DNA from: Candidatus Poribacteria bacterium
GTDB lineage: Bacteria > Poribacteria > WGA-4E > UBA9662
Direction of reading: 5' to 3'
Assembly: GCA_036339735.1 (NCBI GenBank)
Contig: JAYZAL010000064.1
Span: 77,655 to 141,654 of the forward strand
Length of the DNA: 64,000 nucleotides
In this document: positions 62,433 to 64,000 of the stretch, in pieces
Layout of the letters: each line of letters opens with the position of its first letter
Numbering within the stretch: position 1 is the stretch's first letter
Position numbers and translations under genes: made by a program
Notes under the pieces: model-generated
Databases searched by the model: none
Seen by the model: only the letters and a program-made list of their open reading frames with translations
Told to the model about the DNA's origin: nothing

Positions 62433-62983
62433 TGGTTAACAATTAACTGCGTTAGTTTTTGCAGCCGTCGTACAACAATAACATCTTCTTGAAAACGACT
62501 AATTAGACTGTAATTCTGAGCTATGTTTTTTTTGATAGATTCTAGAAACTCAACCATTTCATCAATATAAGTTTTGAACTGAGAGCCTTGTATTTGATTC
62601 TCAGTATACGGACATAGTCGATCGACTACTAACAAAATGGACTGATAATCGGCACTCCACATCAACATAAATGGATAAATTTGACAATCTAATGGCCGGT
62701 CTCGATAAATTGTACAGTGTTGAGTCTTCGGATCAAAAGCCGGGCAAATAAACATGTCTTGATGAGATTTTAGCTGAATCTGCCTACTCGAACCGTCGGA
62801 AGTTATAGAGAATTGATTCTCCAAAAGCCCTGTAGATAGAGCCTTTTTATATTCTTGATCGGTAAAAATAGGAGCGAAGGGACTTTTGGAATCTAAAAAC
62901 CGACAACAAACATCGCAAGCCAAACAAGTTTGGCTTGGTACTATCTGCTTTAGTTCATTAGTGCGCTGAAAATTTCTTTCCAA
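62420..62983 (-). CDS. YkgJ family CxxCxxCC cysteine-cluster protein
   Basis: CLACDVCC, CPAF....CTIYRDRPLDCQIYPF, CP. Confidence 0.85.
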   Translation of the reverse strand: MERNFQRTNELKQIVPSQTCLACDVCCRFLDSKSPFAPIFTDQEYKKALSTGLLENQFSITSDGSSRQIQLKSHQDMFICPAFDPKTQHCTIYRDRPLDCQIYPFMLMWSADYQSILLVVDRLCPYTENQIQGSQFKTYIDEMVEFLESIKKNIAQNYSLISRFQEDVIVVRRLQKLTQLIVNQCVN

Positions 62984-63158
62984 AATACTCTTACCGAATA
63001 TGGAACACCAGTAGCTTTAAGGAGTAGAATATTGACATGACCTCGAACTGCTCATCCCATTTTCTTTTCTATCTAGTAACTTTGATATAGAGCTTTTACT
63101 TCACACTATCTTATAAAAACACAAAACCTAACTGGAGTTTGCACGGTTCAATAATTTT

Positions 63159-64000
63159 CTATCTCTTTCCAGTTTTAGATTCTATAATTCTCACAATCTT
63201 GGATCGATCGGTTTTAATTCTTTCCATATCCAAGGGCTTTCCCATTGGTTTAAATATTAGAGCATCCACAAAATCATATATATTTTTGACTGCAATCCAA
63301 GGGGTAATCACTGAATCAAGAGGTGTAGTCCCTTTATTATCTGGTTGATTTGGGGCGGCGCCAGCATTTAATAAGGATAATAGGATTTTTTCATGACAAA
63401 AAAAGGCTGCCGCATGGACTGGGGTTGAACCTTCTCTGTCTGCTTGGTTGAGATCAACTCCAGCTTCGATTAGCAACTCAACAATTTCTAATTGTCCAAA
63501 TATTGATGCTACATGCAATGCTGAAGCCCCTTGTCCTTGCGGGTTAGGATCTTTTTGATTTAGATCGATTTTAGCAACTATGTGTTGTTTTACGCCTTCA
63601 AGATTGCCAAAGAAGACTGCTTCATGAAGGCTTTGAGTAGCAAAGTCTGATTGATTATCAAGGGATGCCACTTGTTGGCCAAGCAATTTTTTAATTCTGT
63701 TTCGACCATCTTCCACTTTTTCTTTATCCACTTGGATTGATAACATTTGAGCAATAAATTGGGTTGTTTTCCAATCTAGGTTTAAAATATCTATTGCTGT
63801 TGCTCCATCGTTGTTTCTAATATCAGCATCAATTCGGTTCTCCAACAAAAGCTTGGCTTCTTTATGACGGCCAAGGAATGCCGCGGAATGTAAGGCTGTC
63901 GTTCCATCATTCGCTTTAGCATTAACATCAGCACCTTTCTGAACCAGTAATTCAGCAATTTCATATTGCCCTAAAAGAGTAGCTATCTGTAAAGCCGTTA
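63159..64000 (-). CDS. Ankyrin-repeat protein, 5'-truncated by the window edge
   Basis: Frame open to the window end (TALQIATLLGQYEIAELLVQKGADVN...GTTALHSAAFLG); further repeats SALHVASIFG, TPVHAAAFF. Confidence 0.9.
   Translation of the reverse strand, partial: TALQIATLLGQYEIAELLVQKGADVNAKANDGTTALHSAAFLGRHKEAKLLLENRIDADIRNNDGATAIDILNLDWKTTQFIAQMLSIQVDKEKVEDGRNRIKKLLGQQVASLDNQSDFATQSLHEAVFFGNLEGVKQHIVAKIDLNQKDPNPQGQGASALHVASIFGQLEIVELLIEAGVDLNQADREGSTPVHAAAFFCHEKILLSLLNAGAAPNQPDNKGTTPLDSVITPWIAVKNIYDFVDALIFKPMGKPLDMERIKTDRSKIVRIIESKTGKR

Overview
AT-rich bacterial chromosomal window with about 55 densely packed, functionally mixed genes. I saw no rRNA, tRNA, CRISPR array, integrase or transposase. 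Housekeeping genes (dsbD, queG, rfaE2/hldE C-terminal domain, purB, cysM, infA, bfr, mobA, bioD, rnhA) are interleaved with a large carbohydrate and sulfate-ester catabolic repertoire: two sulfatases, a sulfotransferase, a GH32, Gfo/Idh/MocA oxidoreductases, aldo-keto reductases, TIM-barrel isomerases, uxuA and PhyH. That repertoire, with LPS/Omp85 genes and ankyrin/TPR/VWA proteins, resembles a marine diderm heterotroph such as Ca. Poribacteria (inference only). The most interesting signals are: (1) a long structured leader followed by an isomerase-cysM-DUF1015 operon that could encode a free-serine-kinase/O-phosphoserine route to cysteine; (2) an IF-1 with a 40-aa basic N-terminal tail; (3) a lipoprotein-DUF350-DUF2617 operon with a nearby Tat flavoprotein, probably part of an uncharacterised polyamine/envelope system; (4) a coupled YkgJ-type Cys-cluster protein and DUF2156 transferase pair; (5) a GluR0-like ligand-gated K+ channel; (6) a structured bfr leader containing CAGUG; (7) an orphan flavin-dependent halogenase-like gene. 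All family calls come from recognising motifs by eye, not from database searches.
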